From the sequence record SRR22947725_4056: a stretch of 64,000 bases of DNA, one strand, 5' to 3'. The translations under genes and the position numbers were made by a program. Numbering within the stretch: position 1 is the stretch's first letter; every line of letters begins with the position of its first letter. This document shows positions 10,095 through 20,000 of this stretch, piece by piece. The notes under the pieces are model-generated. The model was not told the DNA's origin. It worked only from the letters and a program-made list of their open reading frames with translations, and made no database searches.

Positions 10095-10925
10095 ATGATT
10101 CTCTTCGAAGATGTCTCCAAAATGTATCGGGGTGCGCCGAAACCCGCCCTGAACAATGTGAGCATCAATATTGCCGCGGGAGAGTTTGTTTTCCTTGTGG
10201 GGGCTTCGGGGTCTGGTAAATCAAGCTTCTTGCGTCTCATCCTTAAAGAGGAGAGACCTAGCGCTGGAGAAATCCACGTTCTCGGTCAAGATTTGCGCAG
10301 AATCCCCAGCCGGAAGGTCCCACTTTTTCGTCGGAGCCTGGGAGTTGTCTTCCAAGATTTCCGTCTGTTGCCCCAGAAAACCGTGTTCGACAATGTCGCC
10401 TACACCCTTCGGGTTATTGGCAAGAGTGCGGGATTTATTCACGAAGCGGTGCCGGATATTCTTCAAACCGTAGGGCTTGCCCAGAAAGCAAAAAACTACC
10501 CTCACGAGCTTTCTGGTGGTGAGCAACAGAGGGTAGCGATTGCCCGAGCGGCCGTGAATAAGCCGGCCATCATGTTGGCGGATGAGCCCACCGGAAACCT
10601 CGATCCAGCCACCAGCGCTGGAATTATGAATGTGCTCTCACGTATAAATGCTTCGGGCACCACGGTCATTATGGCGACCCACGACTCGGGAATCGTTGAC
10701 CAGATGCAGCGTCGTGTCATCGAAATTGCTGGAGGTCGAGTTGTCCGGGATGAGCACGAGGGCGGTTACCAAACCAGTGCGATACCGCTGGGCGAACTGG
10801 ATACCGCGCCGATTCCGATCATCACCGATTCGGATGCGCTGGCAGAGCCAGCCCAGCTTCCGGTTAAGGGCATAAGTGACCCTGACACGGTGGCTTCTCC
10901 CTTCCCCTGGGAGCTTCGGGCGTGA
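10095..10925 (+). CDS. ftsE: Cell division ATP-binding protein FtsE
   Basis: GASGSGKS, VVFQDFRLL, LSGGEQQR, ADEPTGNLD. prfB-ftsE-ftsX-smpB synteny. Confidence 0.95.
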   Translation: MILFEDVSKMYRGAPKPALNNVSINIAAGEFVFLVGASGSGKSSFLRLILKEERPSAGEIHVLGQDLRRIPSRKVPLFRRSLGVVFQDFRLLPQKTVFDNVAYTLRVIGKSAGFIHEAVPDILQTVGLAQKAKNYPHELSGGEQQRVAIARAAVNKPAIMLADEPTGNLDPATSAGIMNVLSRINASGTTVIMATHDSGIVDQMQRRVIEIAGGRVVRDEHEGGYQTSAIPLGELDTAPIPIITDSDALAEPAQLPVKGISDPDTVASPFPWELRA

Positions 10926-11836
10926 GACTAGGTTTTGTTCTTCGCGAAGTGTTCGCGGGGCTTTCAAGAAACCTGTCCATGGTGGTCTCTATTGTCCTTG
11001 TGACGTTTATTTCGCTGACTTTCGTGGGAACCGCGATTTTGCTTCAGGCCCAAATCAACCAGATGAAGAGTTACTGGTTTGACCGTGCCCAAGTTGCGGT
11101 CTATATGTGTACTGACTTCTCCACACTCGGTGACTGCGATCAGCAAGCAGCAAGCGCGGACCAAAAGGTGGTGATTGAGCAGCGTCTACAGTCCACGACC
11201 CTTGCCCCCTACATCGACCGCTACTACTTCGAAGATCGGGACCAAGCTTTTGCGAACTTTCAGGAGCAATTCGCCGATAGTGCCGTGGTGGATCTGGTTT
11301 CGCCAGAGCTTCTTCCCGAAACCTTCTGGATCAACTTAGTAGATCCCCAACAAAGTGAGCTCATTTTTGAAGCTCTCTCAGGGCTGCCCGGCGTAGAAAG
11401 CGTTGTTGATCAGCGCAGCTACCTGGATCAGATTTTTGCTTTGCTCAATGCCGGAAGTTTGACCGCCGTCGCGGTTGCTTCGCTCATGTTGGTCGCTGCG
11501 GCACTCTTGATTGCCACCACCATTCGGTTGAGTGCGTTCTCTCGCAGGCGCGAACTGGCGATTATGCGGCTTGTGGGGGCTTCGAACAGATTTATCCAGA
11601 CTCCTTTTGTGCTGGAGGGCATCGTTGCCGCCGCGCTCGGGGCGGGACTTGCGTCGCTGGCGCTCTGGGGAATTGTGCGGGTTTTTGTCCAGGGGTATCT
11701 TGCGGATGCTTTGCCAGCAACAGTGTTCATTCAAACCTCTGATGCACTTGCCACCATGCCCTTATTGTTTGCCACGGGTATCGGCTTGGCTGTTATTGCC
11801 TCCTACATCTCCATCACCCGTTATCTCCGGGCCTAG
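10922..11836 (+). CDS. ftsX: Cell division permease FtsX
   Basis: Four TM segments, RRRELAIMRLVGAS. GTGA overlap with ftsE. Confidence 0.94.
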   Translation: MRLGFVLREVFAGLSRNLSMVVSIVLVTFISLTFVGTAILLQAQINQMKSYWFDRAQVAVYMCTDFSTLGDCDQQAASADQKVVIEQRLQSTTLAPYIDRYYFEDRDQAFANFQEQFADSAVVDLVSPELLPETFWINLVDPQQSELIFEALSGLPGVESVVDQRSYLDQIFALLNAGSLTAVAVASLMLVAAALLIATTIRLSAFSRRRELAIMRLVGASNRFIQTPFVLEGIVAAALGAGLASLALWGIVRVFVQGYLADALPATVFIQTSDALATMPLLFATGIGLAVIASYISITRYLRA

Positions 11837-11933
11837 AGCCTGATGGGCGCAAAACCCCTGGCGCTAGACTGTGGGGCTGGCGGGAGGAGTAGCCTCCAGC
11901 GCAGATCTTTGTTGAAAAAAAGGTGGTGAAACC

Positions 11934-12410
11934 ATGCCGAAAGAGTCCGGCGAAAAAGTGGTGGCCACCAACCGTAAAGCGCGCTATGACTACCACATTG
12001 AAGACACCATAGAAGCAGGGATTGTCCTCAGTGGTACGGAAGTTAAGTCTCTTCGCGCTGGACGCGCATCCCTGGTAGATGCGTATGCCACGATCGATGG
12101 TGGGGAAGCCTGGCTTGAGGCCGTGCATATTCCCGAATACACCGAGGCCACATGGACGAACCATCCCCCTCGGCGCAAGAGAAAGCTGTTGCTGCACAAA
12201 CAAGAAATCGCGAAGCTCGCTCACCGCATCACAGCCGGTGGTTACACCCTGGTTCCTTTGAAGCTTTATTTCCTTAATGGCCGAGCGAAAGTCGAACTTG
12301 CCGTGGCAAAAGGCAAGAAGGAATACGACAAACGCCACTCGTTGCGCAAAAAACAAGACGATCGCGAAGCCCAGCGGGCCATGTCCACGAGGCGCTCCCT
12401 CGGCGACTAA
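11934..12410 (+). CDS. smpB: SsrA-binding protein
   Basis: [32 protein letters not shown]. Confidence 0.97.
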   Translation: MPKESGEKVVATNRKARYDYHIEDTIEAGIVLSGTEVKSLRAGRASLVDAYATIDGGEAWLEAVHIPEYTEATWTNHPPRRKRKLLLHKQEIAKLAHRITAGGYTLVPLKLYFLNGRAKVELAVAKGKKEYDKRHSLRKKQDDREAQRAMSTRRSLGD

Positions 12411-12548
12411 GGACACCCATGGGCTTGGATACCCGGAGCTTTCCAAGCACTCCGTCGTTGCAGGGTTCTATAGTGGGGGTGTGTGAAAGCACACGTACCC
12501 TGTCAATTCCATAGCGCACCAATCGCTTCCACTTCGGTGGGACTCCTA

Positions 12549-12918
12549 GGGGATGATCGGTTTCGACATTACTTGTGTGTCCATAGGGAAGCGGGCCGAG
12601 AATGCAGAGTTATCTCGTAAACGTCCTCTGCAAACTATAGGTGCCAATACAAAGCGCACCGACTTCGCTCTCGCTGCCTAAGCAGCGGACAAGTCCGTCA
12701 GACTGAGAGGGCCTCTGGCTCAGATACTGGCGTCGATTAAGAGGCTTGCTGATGACTCGTGTATCAGGGGTTATCGGGACTTTTTCTGATGCTGGGCCTG
12801 TCGTTCTAGGTGCTTGTGACAAAGAACGGGGCCGAGCAGAACGCTTTCACAAGATACGCCCGTAGAAGACTGTGGTTCGAAGTAGTGGACCCGGGTTCGA
12901 TTCCCGGCATCTCCACCA
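12549..12918 (+). ncRNA. ssrA: tmRNA; tag ORF 12643-12681 encodes (A)NTKRTDFALAA*
   Basis: 5' end GGGGATGATCGGTTTCGAC, 3' T-arm and acceptor CCGGGTTCGATTCCCGGCATCTCCACCA, tag ending FALAA. Lies just after smpB, with TATAGT at 12469-12474 upstream. Confidence 0.96.
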
Positions 12919-12942
12919 TTGGTGCGTTACGGAATTCCCTTT

Positions 12943-13241
12943 TCAGTGCTGTGCTGGCCTGTCGGGGTAAAAGGACTGAGCACCCAGCCTCGTCACGCTG
13001 TCACTTGCCGCGCCAACAGCGCGAGTAATAGATTCTTGCCATCTCAGGTCTGCGTCAAGACCAGCGGCAAAAAATCCTACAAAACAATCCCCTGCGCCTA
13101 TGGTGTTCAGGGCCTTCACTGTTGGTGCCTCGACGCGGAACACGACACCTTCATGGCACGCAATTGCTCCTTTTCTCCGAGCCTGACAATAAGGCTGCAC
13201 TCGAGTTGTTTGAACCAGGCTGCGAAGAGGTGAGCGGTCAT
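12943..13241 (-). pseudogene. Truncated, frameshifted PfkB/ribokinase-family kinase remnant (C-terminal part only)
   Basis: PfkB signature NTIGAGDCFVG and SVTRLGAQS. LIVRLGEK/GAIA is split by a 1-nt shift in the A-run at 13171-13174. The N-terminal two-thirds are absent. Confidence 0.75.
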
Positions 13242-13747
13242 CGTCTGGCTCCCAACAGCGACCCAGTGATTTGAAGCCCAGGGTCAACGGCTAGGCAATA
13301 GATGCTTCTATCGCCATCCACCCAACTACTGGGGGTGGGGTAGTAGTAGGTGAAGTCAAGAACCGACTCGGTGAACTCAACCCCGATGAAGTCGCCAAAT
13401 GCCCCTTGGCACCGCGACCCACCCTCGCTGATCAGGAAATCAGTTCCTGGGTACGAGTCCTCGGTCAGTGCCAATTTCGCAAACAACTCCGCATCGTGGG
13501 GTTGCTGGCACTCCACCACCTCCACAGCATCCATGTCGGCGCCTTCCGGGGTGTTTTGGTCGTTCACACAGGCCCCTAATTCGAGCTCGAAAACGCTCAC
13601 CAGGTTCTTCTCTTCGCCAGCGACACCCTCGGCAGAGTCTCCACCCTGGTCCACTTGGCTCACCGCGGCTGGGACACAGCCGCTGAGGAGCAACCCCAGC
13701 GCTAGGAAAAATCCCCCAAGTATGAGGGGGCGTGCTCGCCCGTTCAG
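13238..13747 (-). CDS. Septum-formation-family lipoprotein (probable CTG start)
   Basis: GACVND...VECQQPHDAE...C...YPTPSSWVDGDRSIYC cysteine pattern and lipobox LSGC. The full signal peptide is obtained only from CTG 13747, which follows GAAGGAG. Confidence 0.75.
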   Translation of the reverse strand: MNGRARPLILGGFFLALGLLLSGCVPAAVSQVDQGGDSAEGVAGEEKNLVSVFELELGACVNDQNTPEGADMDAVEVVECQQPHDAELFAKLALTEDSYPGTDFLISEGGSRCQGAFGDFIGVEFTESVLDFTYYYPTPSSWVDGDRSIYCLAVDPGLQITGSLLGARR

Positions 13748-14559
13748 GGCGCACTCCTTCGCGAGAGCTCGAGGGCATCGTCATGCAGAAGGCCGTTGGT
13801 GGCAAGGGCGGTGTGGTGCCAAATGTCGTCATCGCCATCCAGGGAACTGAATCGACCGCCTGCTTCACGGATAATGGGGACCAGTGCAGCCATGTCATAG
13901 GGCTGAAGGTCAGCCTCCCCGCACACGTCCATCGATCCTTCCGCAACCATCATGTAAGGCCAAAAATCACCAATGGCTCGGGCACGCCAAGCCGAAGTCG
14001 CCCATGCCCTCACGTTGCTCTCTCGCCCATCCTCAATCCATCCGGGGAGAGAGTTGTAGTTGACGATGGCATCCTCGAGCAACGTCACTGAGCTCACGGC
14101 CAGTGGCGTTGCTTCGGTGTGGCCGGTCTTTTTTGTCCAGGCTCCGTGACCTGTGGCCGCCCACCACTGTTGGCCCAGAGCGGGAGCACTGACCACGCTC
14201 ACCACAGGGTTCCCATCGATGGCCAGCGCAATCAGTGTCGCCCAGATGGGAACGCCTCGAAGAAAATTCACCGTGCCATCAATCGGGTCGATAATCCATT
14301 GGCGACCCGGTTGCTGGCCCGTGTTTTTCGTGCTGGATCCCCGTTCCTCACCGAGGATGTCGTCATGGGGGCGGGAAGCAAGGATTGTCGAGGTGATGGT
14401 GTCCTCCACAGCCACATCAGCATCCGTAACCGGGGTGCGATCGGGTTTGGTGGTGACCACCAGGTCCTGGGCTCGAAAGCGACTGAGGGAAATCAAGTCA
14501 GCATTAGCTGCTGCCGCTCGGGCCAGCGCTAAATCGTCGCTCATCGTGAAAGTTGTCAC
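13744..14559 (-). CDS. hisN: Inositol-monophosphatase-family protein, probable histidinol-phosphatase
   Basis: KPDRTPVTDAD, WIIDPIDGT, WATLIAL, YDMAAL. Start is GTG 14559 (TACCCT 7 nt upstream) or ATG 14544. Confidence 0.8.
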   Translation of the reverse strand: MTTFTMSDDLALARAAAANADLISLSRFRAQDLVVTTKPDRTPVTDADVAVEDTITSTILASRPHDDILGEERGSSTKNTGQQPGRQWIIDPIDGTVNFLRGVPIWATLIALAIDGNPVVSVVSAPALGQQWWAATGHGAWTKKTGHTEATPLAVSSVTLLEDAIVNYNSLPGWIEDGRESNVRAWATSAWRARAIGDFWPYMMVAEGSMDVCGEADLQPYDMAALVPIIREAGGRFSSLDGDDDIWHHTALATNGLLHDDALELSRRSAP

Positions 14560-14600
14560 CCTCTCGAGGGTAGTAGAGCCGTGAAAGATCGCCTGCTTTG

Positions 14601-15629
14601 TCAGTCGGTATGTGCGCCCTGATGCAAGGTCCCCATGAGGCGCTGGAGGGAGAGCGCGCGTGAATGAAGCGTTGGTTCCAATGTGTTGCCGGTCAGTGCC
14701 TGCTCCAGTGCGCATTCGCTCGAGCCTGACTCGTGTGAACAAGCCTTCGGGCAGGTGAGAGTCAGATACTCGAGGTCAGGGAACCCTGACACCAGCGATG
14801 CCGGAGAAACATGGCCCAGTCCAAAAGACCGAACGCCTGGGGTGTCAATAATCCATCCACCACTTGCCAGGGGAAGAGCAACGCTCGAAGACGAGGTGTG
14901 GCGCCCGCGCCCGGTGACCTCGTTGACGTGCCCCACCGCACGGTTACCGCTGGGGACCAGGTCGTTCACGAGGGTTGATTTCCCCACTCCCGAATGCCCA
15001 ACAAACACAGTCGTGTGGCCCTTAAGCAGGGCGTTTAGCGCTTTCACAGCCGGATTCGAGGGGGATCTCTGAACCACACCAATCTCGAGAGCACCTGCGT
15101 AGTCGAGTAGCTCTGTGCCCGAGGCCAAGTCTGTTTTTGTCACACACATCAGGGGAGTCAGCCCAGCATCCAGGGCTGCCACCACATAGCGATCAATCAA
15201 TCTCAATCGAGGCTCTGGGGAGGCCGCCGCCACGACCATTAAAAGCTGGTCAGCATTTGCCACGATGATGCGCTCCATCGTGTCGGTGTCATCGCCGCTG
15301 CGGCGAAGGACTGTTTTCCTGGGGTGGATGCGGACAATTCGCGCAAGGCTGCCCTCTTCGCCTGTGGTGTCACCCACGCAATCCACGACGTCACCAATCA
15401 CAATCGCTTGGCGACGAAGCTCTCTGGCCCTTGTGCAAGTGACTGCGCGTTGATGGGGACCACCATCATCAAGAACCACGCGATAACGGCCTCGATCGAC
15501 CCCGATAACAAAGCCCGGTTCCGCATCATCGTGGGCGGGGCGCTCTTTCGTGCGGGGTCTGCTGCCCCGCCGATCAGGGCGAACCCGAGGAACGAAGTCC
15601 TCGTACTTGTCGTCGTTTGGCTCGTTCAT
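14601..15629 (-). CDS. rsgA: Ribosome small subunit-dependent GTPase
   Basis: Circularly permuted GTPase motifs TKTD, GHSGVGKS, GRHT, DTPG and a C-terminal Cys/His cluster. ATGA overlap with the aroA stop. Confidence 0.94.
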   Translation of the reverse strand: MNEPNDDKYEDFVPRVRPDRRGSRPRTKERPAHDDAEPGFVIGVDRGRYRVVLDDGGPHQRAVTCTRARELRRQAIVIGDVVDCVGDTTGEEGSLARIVRIHPRKTVLRRSGDDTDTMERIIVANADQLLMVVAAASPEPRLRLIDRYVVAALDAGLTPLMCVTKTDLASGTELLDYAGALEIGVVQRSPSNPAVKALNALLKGHTTVFVGHSGVGKSTLVNDLVPSGNRAVGHVNEVTGRGRHTSSSSVALPLASGGWIIDTPGVRSFGLGHVSPASLVSGFPDLEYLTLTCPKACSHESGSSECALEQALTGNTLEPTLHSRALSLQRLMGTLHQGAHTD

Positions 15630-16960
15630 CGCTTTGGCGAGCTGAGGAGCTCTTCCCACAGGGCAGGAAACTCGGGCAAAGTCTTGGAGGTGCAGGCGAT
15701 GTCGTCCACTTCCACACCTGGAATAGCAAGACCCAGGAGCGCACCGGAGGTGGCCATTCGGTGGTCATCGAATGCTTTCCAGAGACCTGGGTGAAGCTCT
15801 GCTGGAGCCACCACGATTCCATCACTGGTCTCGCTGGCGCTTCCACCGAGGGCTTCGATGTTGGAGACCAGGGCCTTGAGGCGGTCTGTTTCGTGTCCGC
15901 GGAGATGCCCGATGCCGCGAAACTGGCTACTGGCGGGGGACAATGCCGCCAAGGCCACGAAGGTGGGCGCAAGTTCGCCCGCATGGCTGAGGTCAAGATT
16001 TACTCCGGGAAGCTCGCGTCCCCCCGCGAGTCCGTCGCCTCCTTCAACCGTGACGACCCCGGGCGCGCGGGTGATTGATGCTCCCCAGTGTTCGAGAAGC
16101 TCAGGGACGAGACCTCCCACCTGGGTGGTGCTTTCTGGCCAACCGGAAATGCTCACACTTCCCCCGGTAATTAATGCAGCGCTCAGGAAGGGTGCCGCGT
16201 TAGAGAGGTCGGGTTCAATCGCTACCTCCACCCCGGCGATGGCTCCAGGAGCGACTTCCCAGGTGCCGGGGCTGACCATCTCAGCCGCCACCCCCCTGCC
16301 CCGAAGGCAGTGAAGTGTCATGTCAATGTGGGGGAGAGAGGGAAGCGAGTCACCCTTGTGTTCAATGCGAAGCCCTCCGGGTAGCCTCGCGCCCACCAGC
16401 AATAGACCGGACACAAACTGGCTCGATGCCGAGGCATCGATTGAGACCACGCGCCCATGGATTGCCCCCGTATTCGTGAGCGTGAAGGGTAAGAACCCTT
16501 CCAAGGTGGCGTCAACTTCGACACCCAACTGGCCCAAAGCGTCGAGTGTGGTGGCCATGGGTCGAAGCCTGGCGCCCGCGTCGCCATCGAAGGACAGCGA
16601 CCCGGGAATCACGAGTGACAGTGGAGGCACAAAGCGCATGACCGTGCCCGCCAACCCGCAGTCAAGGGTTGGCGGGTTAGAACAATTTTCGGGAATCGGG
16701 GTGATGTGAAGGTCAGGGCCGAAGGGACCGGGGTTGCCCTCTGTAATGGTGGCCCCTAGCGCCCGAAGCGCCTCTACCATCAAATGGGTGTCTCTGGCGT
16801 GAAGAGGTGAGCGCAGGATAGAGGGGCCTGTGGCGAGGGCGGAGAGCACAAGCTCTCGATTGGTCAGTGATTTAGATCCGGGAAGCGAGAGCTGATGGTG
16901 AAGGGGAGCGGAGCGGTAACCCGCTCGCCATGTGCCATCTCCCGGTGTTTTACTCATCAC
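15626..16960 (-). CDS. aroA: 3-phosphoshikimate 1-carboxyvinyltransferase
   Basis: PGSKSLTNR, AGTVMRF, SSQFVS, RGHETDR, DHRMA. Confidence 0.96.
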   Translation of the reverse strand: MMSKTPGDGTWRAGYRSAPLHHQLSLPGSKSLTNRELVLSALATGPSILRSPLHARDTHLMVEALRALGATITEGNPGPFGPDLHITPIPENCSNPPTLDCGLAGTVMRFVPPLSLVIPGSLSFDGDAGARLRPMATTLDALGQLGVEVDATLEGFLPFTLTNTGAIHGRVVSIDASASSQFVSGLLLVGARLPGGLRIEHKGDSLPSLPHIDMTLHCLRGRGVAAEMVSPGTWEVAPGAIAGVEVAIEPDLSNAAPFLSAALITGGSVSISGWPESTTQVGGLVPELLEHWGASITRAPGVVTVEGGDGLAGGRELPGVNLDLSHAGELAPTFVALAALSPASSQFRGIGHLRGHETDRLKALVSNIEALGGSASETSDGIVVAPAELHPGLWKAFDDHRMATSGALLGLAIPGVEVDDIACTSKTLPEFPALWEELLSSPKR

Positions 16961-17010
16961 TTCCTAGAGTACTCGGCAGGGTTCCCCCGAGGGGTCCGAC
17001 CGGGCGCAGT

Positions 17011-20000
17011 CTAGGAACCGAGAGCTCTATCGAGGATGAGCTGGGCTTCTCCTTGGCTGCGTTTGGAGGAGCCGGTGGCAGGGGAGGCAGAACGAGGCCT
17101 CGACACCACTGTCATCGGGGGCAAACCAGCTGAGGCTGCCTCCACCATTACGAAAGGCCAGGCGCCCTGGTTCTCTGGTTCGTCTTGGACCCACACGAAT
17201 TTCGCGCCGGGATACCGGGAGGCAACCTGCTGGAGGTCAACTGCGGGGAAGGGGTAATACTGCTCGAGTCGCACCACAGCGATGTTGGTGATTCCCCGCT
17301 TGGAAATTTCTGACTGCAGGTCGTAGTAAATCTTTCCGGCCACCATCAACACGGTGCCGATGCTGGAAGCATCCGCAACACCGGGGTCATCGAGGACGGG
17401 CTGGAACCTGCCGGTGGTGAAGTCATCGACTGAACTTGTTGCCCCTCGAAGGCGCAACATCGCTTTCGGGGTAAATACGATCAGGGGTTTTCGAGGCCGT
17501 GCATAGGCCTGGCGGCGCAGGAGGTGGAAGTAGGACGCCGGAGTGGAGGGTCTCGAAATAATCATGTTGTCTTCCGCCGCGAGCTGAAGGAACCGCTCGA
17601 TCCGGGCAGAGGAATGGTCGGGGCCTTGGCCTTCAAAACCGTGGGGGAGAAGAAGAACAACACTCGAGCGTTGGCCCCATTTTTGCTCGGCAGAAGAAAT
17701 GAATTCATCGATCACGGTTTGCGCACCGTTCACGAAGTCACCAAACTGCGCTTCCCACATGACCAGTGCGTCAGGTCGCTCCACGGAGTAGCCATACTCA
17801 AATCCAAGCGCTGCATACTCGCTCAGAAGGGAGTCATAAATCCACAGCCGTGCTTGGGTTTCTGACATGTTCATCAGCGGGAGCCATTCTTGGCCGTTGA
17901 TGCGGTCATGGAGAACAGCGTGACGCTGGACGAAGGTGCCCCGGCGCGAATCCTGTCCCACCAATCGAACGGGTGTCCCTTCAAGGAGCAGAGACCCTAA
18001 TGCAGCAAGCTCACCGAAGCTCCAGTCGATATCGCCACCTCGCGACATTTCCCGACGCTTATCCAAGAGCGGCTGGAGCTTCGGGTGAGTGGTGAATCCG
18101 GGGGGTTGGTTGGCGTGAGCATCGCCGATCAGAGCAAGCACAGAAGAGTCGATGCCGGTGGTCTCTGGTTCTCCTGCAACGTCGTTGTCTCGCTGCGAGC
18201 CTGGGCGTTCCACCCCGGCGATGGCGCCATCATCGTTGGGGATGACGGTAATCGCACCCGTTTGCGCAGCATGGGTTTCCTGGAAGGCCTCCTCGAGGCG
18301 CCCTTGGAAGTCTTTTTGCGCTGCGTCTAGTTCTTCCTCTGTCAGGTCCCCGCGGCCCATCAGCGCTTCGGTGTAAAGGGTACGGACGCTGCGTTTGGCT
18401 TCGATCAAGTTATACATCAGGGGCTGCGTCATCGAAGGGTCATCGCCTTCGTTGTGTCCACGCCGGCGGTAACACACGATGTCGATCACGACGTCGGCTT
18501 TGAATGCTTGCCGGTAGGCGAAAGCAATTTCTGCTATCCGCAAGACTGCCTCGGGGTCATCGCCGTTGACGTGGAAAATCGGAGCTTGAATGGTCTTTGC
18601 CACATCGGTCGAGTAGACCGAGGTTCGACCGTCATGAGGGAGCGTGGTGAAGCCCACCTGGTTGTTCACCACGACGTGGACGGTTCCCCCGGTGCGGTAA
18701 GCCCGCAGCTGGGACATCTGGAGTGTTTCCAGCACCACACCCTGGGCGGCCATGGCTGCATCGCCATGAATCACGAGGGGCAACACACCAAACCGGCCAA
18801 TTTCCTTGCGGTCCTGTTTGGCTCTAACGATTCCTTCCAGGACCCCGTTGACCGCTTCTAAGTGAGACGGGTTAGCGGCCAGGTACACCGGCATGCTCGC
18901 GCCGCTGGGAGAGGTGTAGGTGCCCTCGGTCCCCAAGTGGTACTTCACATCGCCCGAGCCTTGAACACTCTTGGTGTCGTGGGTCCCTTCGAACTCTCGG
19001 AAGATTTGCCCATACGTTTTACCCGCAATATTGGCCAGCACGTTCAATCGACCGCGGTGAGCCATCGCCATTGCTACTTCGTCGAGGCCTGCCTCCGTGG
19101 CAGCTTGGAGGATTTCGTCGACCAGGCTGACGGTGGATTCTGCGCCCTCCATGCTGAAGCGTTTTTGGCCGACATATTTGGTCTGCAGAAAGGTCTCAAA
19201 GGCTTCTGCCTGGTTGAGCTTGGACAAGATTCTCAGCTGAGCGTCGTGGTCGGGCTTTTGGTAGGGCTTTTCCAGCTTTTCCTGGAACCAAGACCGCTGA
19301 GCAGGGTCTTGAATATGCATGTATTCAATACCGATGGTGCGGCAATAGGTGTCTCTCAGAACTCCCAGGATTTCGCGCAACAACATGGTGGATCTGTTTC
19401 CGAACCCGCCGGTGACAAATTCCCTATCAAGGTCCCAGAAGGTGAGGCCGTGGCTTTCGATTTCCAAATCCGGGTGGGAGCGTTGCCGGTATTCCAGTGG
19501 GTCAATATCCGCCATCAAGTGCCCGCGCACACGGAAAGAGTTGATGAGTTCTTGGACCCGGGAGGTCTTATTGACCATCTCCGCCTGGTTGATGGCAATA
19601 TCTTCCGCCCAGTGGATGGGCATATACGGGATGCGAAGCGAGGCAAAGATTTCCTCGTAAAAGCCTTCCTCGCCGATCAGGTATCCATGGACTTTGCCCA
19701 GATATTCCCCCGAGCCTGCGCCCTGAATCACCCGGTGGTCGTAGGTAGAGGTGAGGGTGATGGTTTTACCAATCCCCAAATCAGCCAGTGTTCGTTTGGA
19801 AGAGCCCTGGAATTCTGCCGGATAGTCCAGTGCACCGGCACCGATGATGCAGGCTTGACCCTTCATCAGGCGGGGGACGGAGTGAACCGTTCCGATGCCA
19901 CCGGGGTTAGTCAGTGAAATGGTGTTTCCGGCGTAGTCGTCTGCAACGAGTTTGCCTTCCCGGGCCCTGGAGACAACATCTTCGTAGGCGAGAAGGAAGT

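Noticed and set aside
12919-13750. Integrated element at ssrA
   Set aside because: No integrase and no duplicated ssrA 3' end were seen in the window, only the PfkB remnant.
18862-19917. 351-aa plus-strand ORF inside kgd (likewise 31724-32746, 42320-43264, 52151-53050, 62209-63096)
   Set aside because: These are antisense shadow ORFs of well-supported genes, expected at high GC, with no recognisable motifs.
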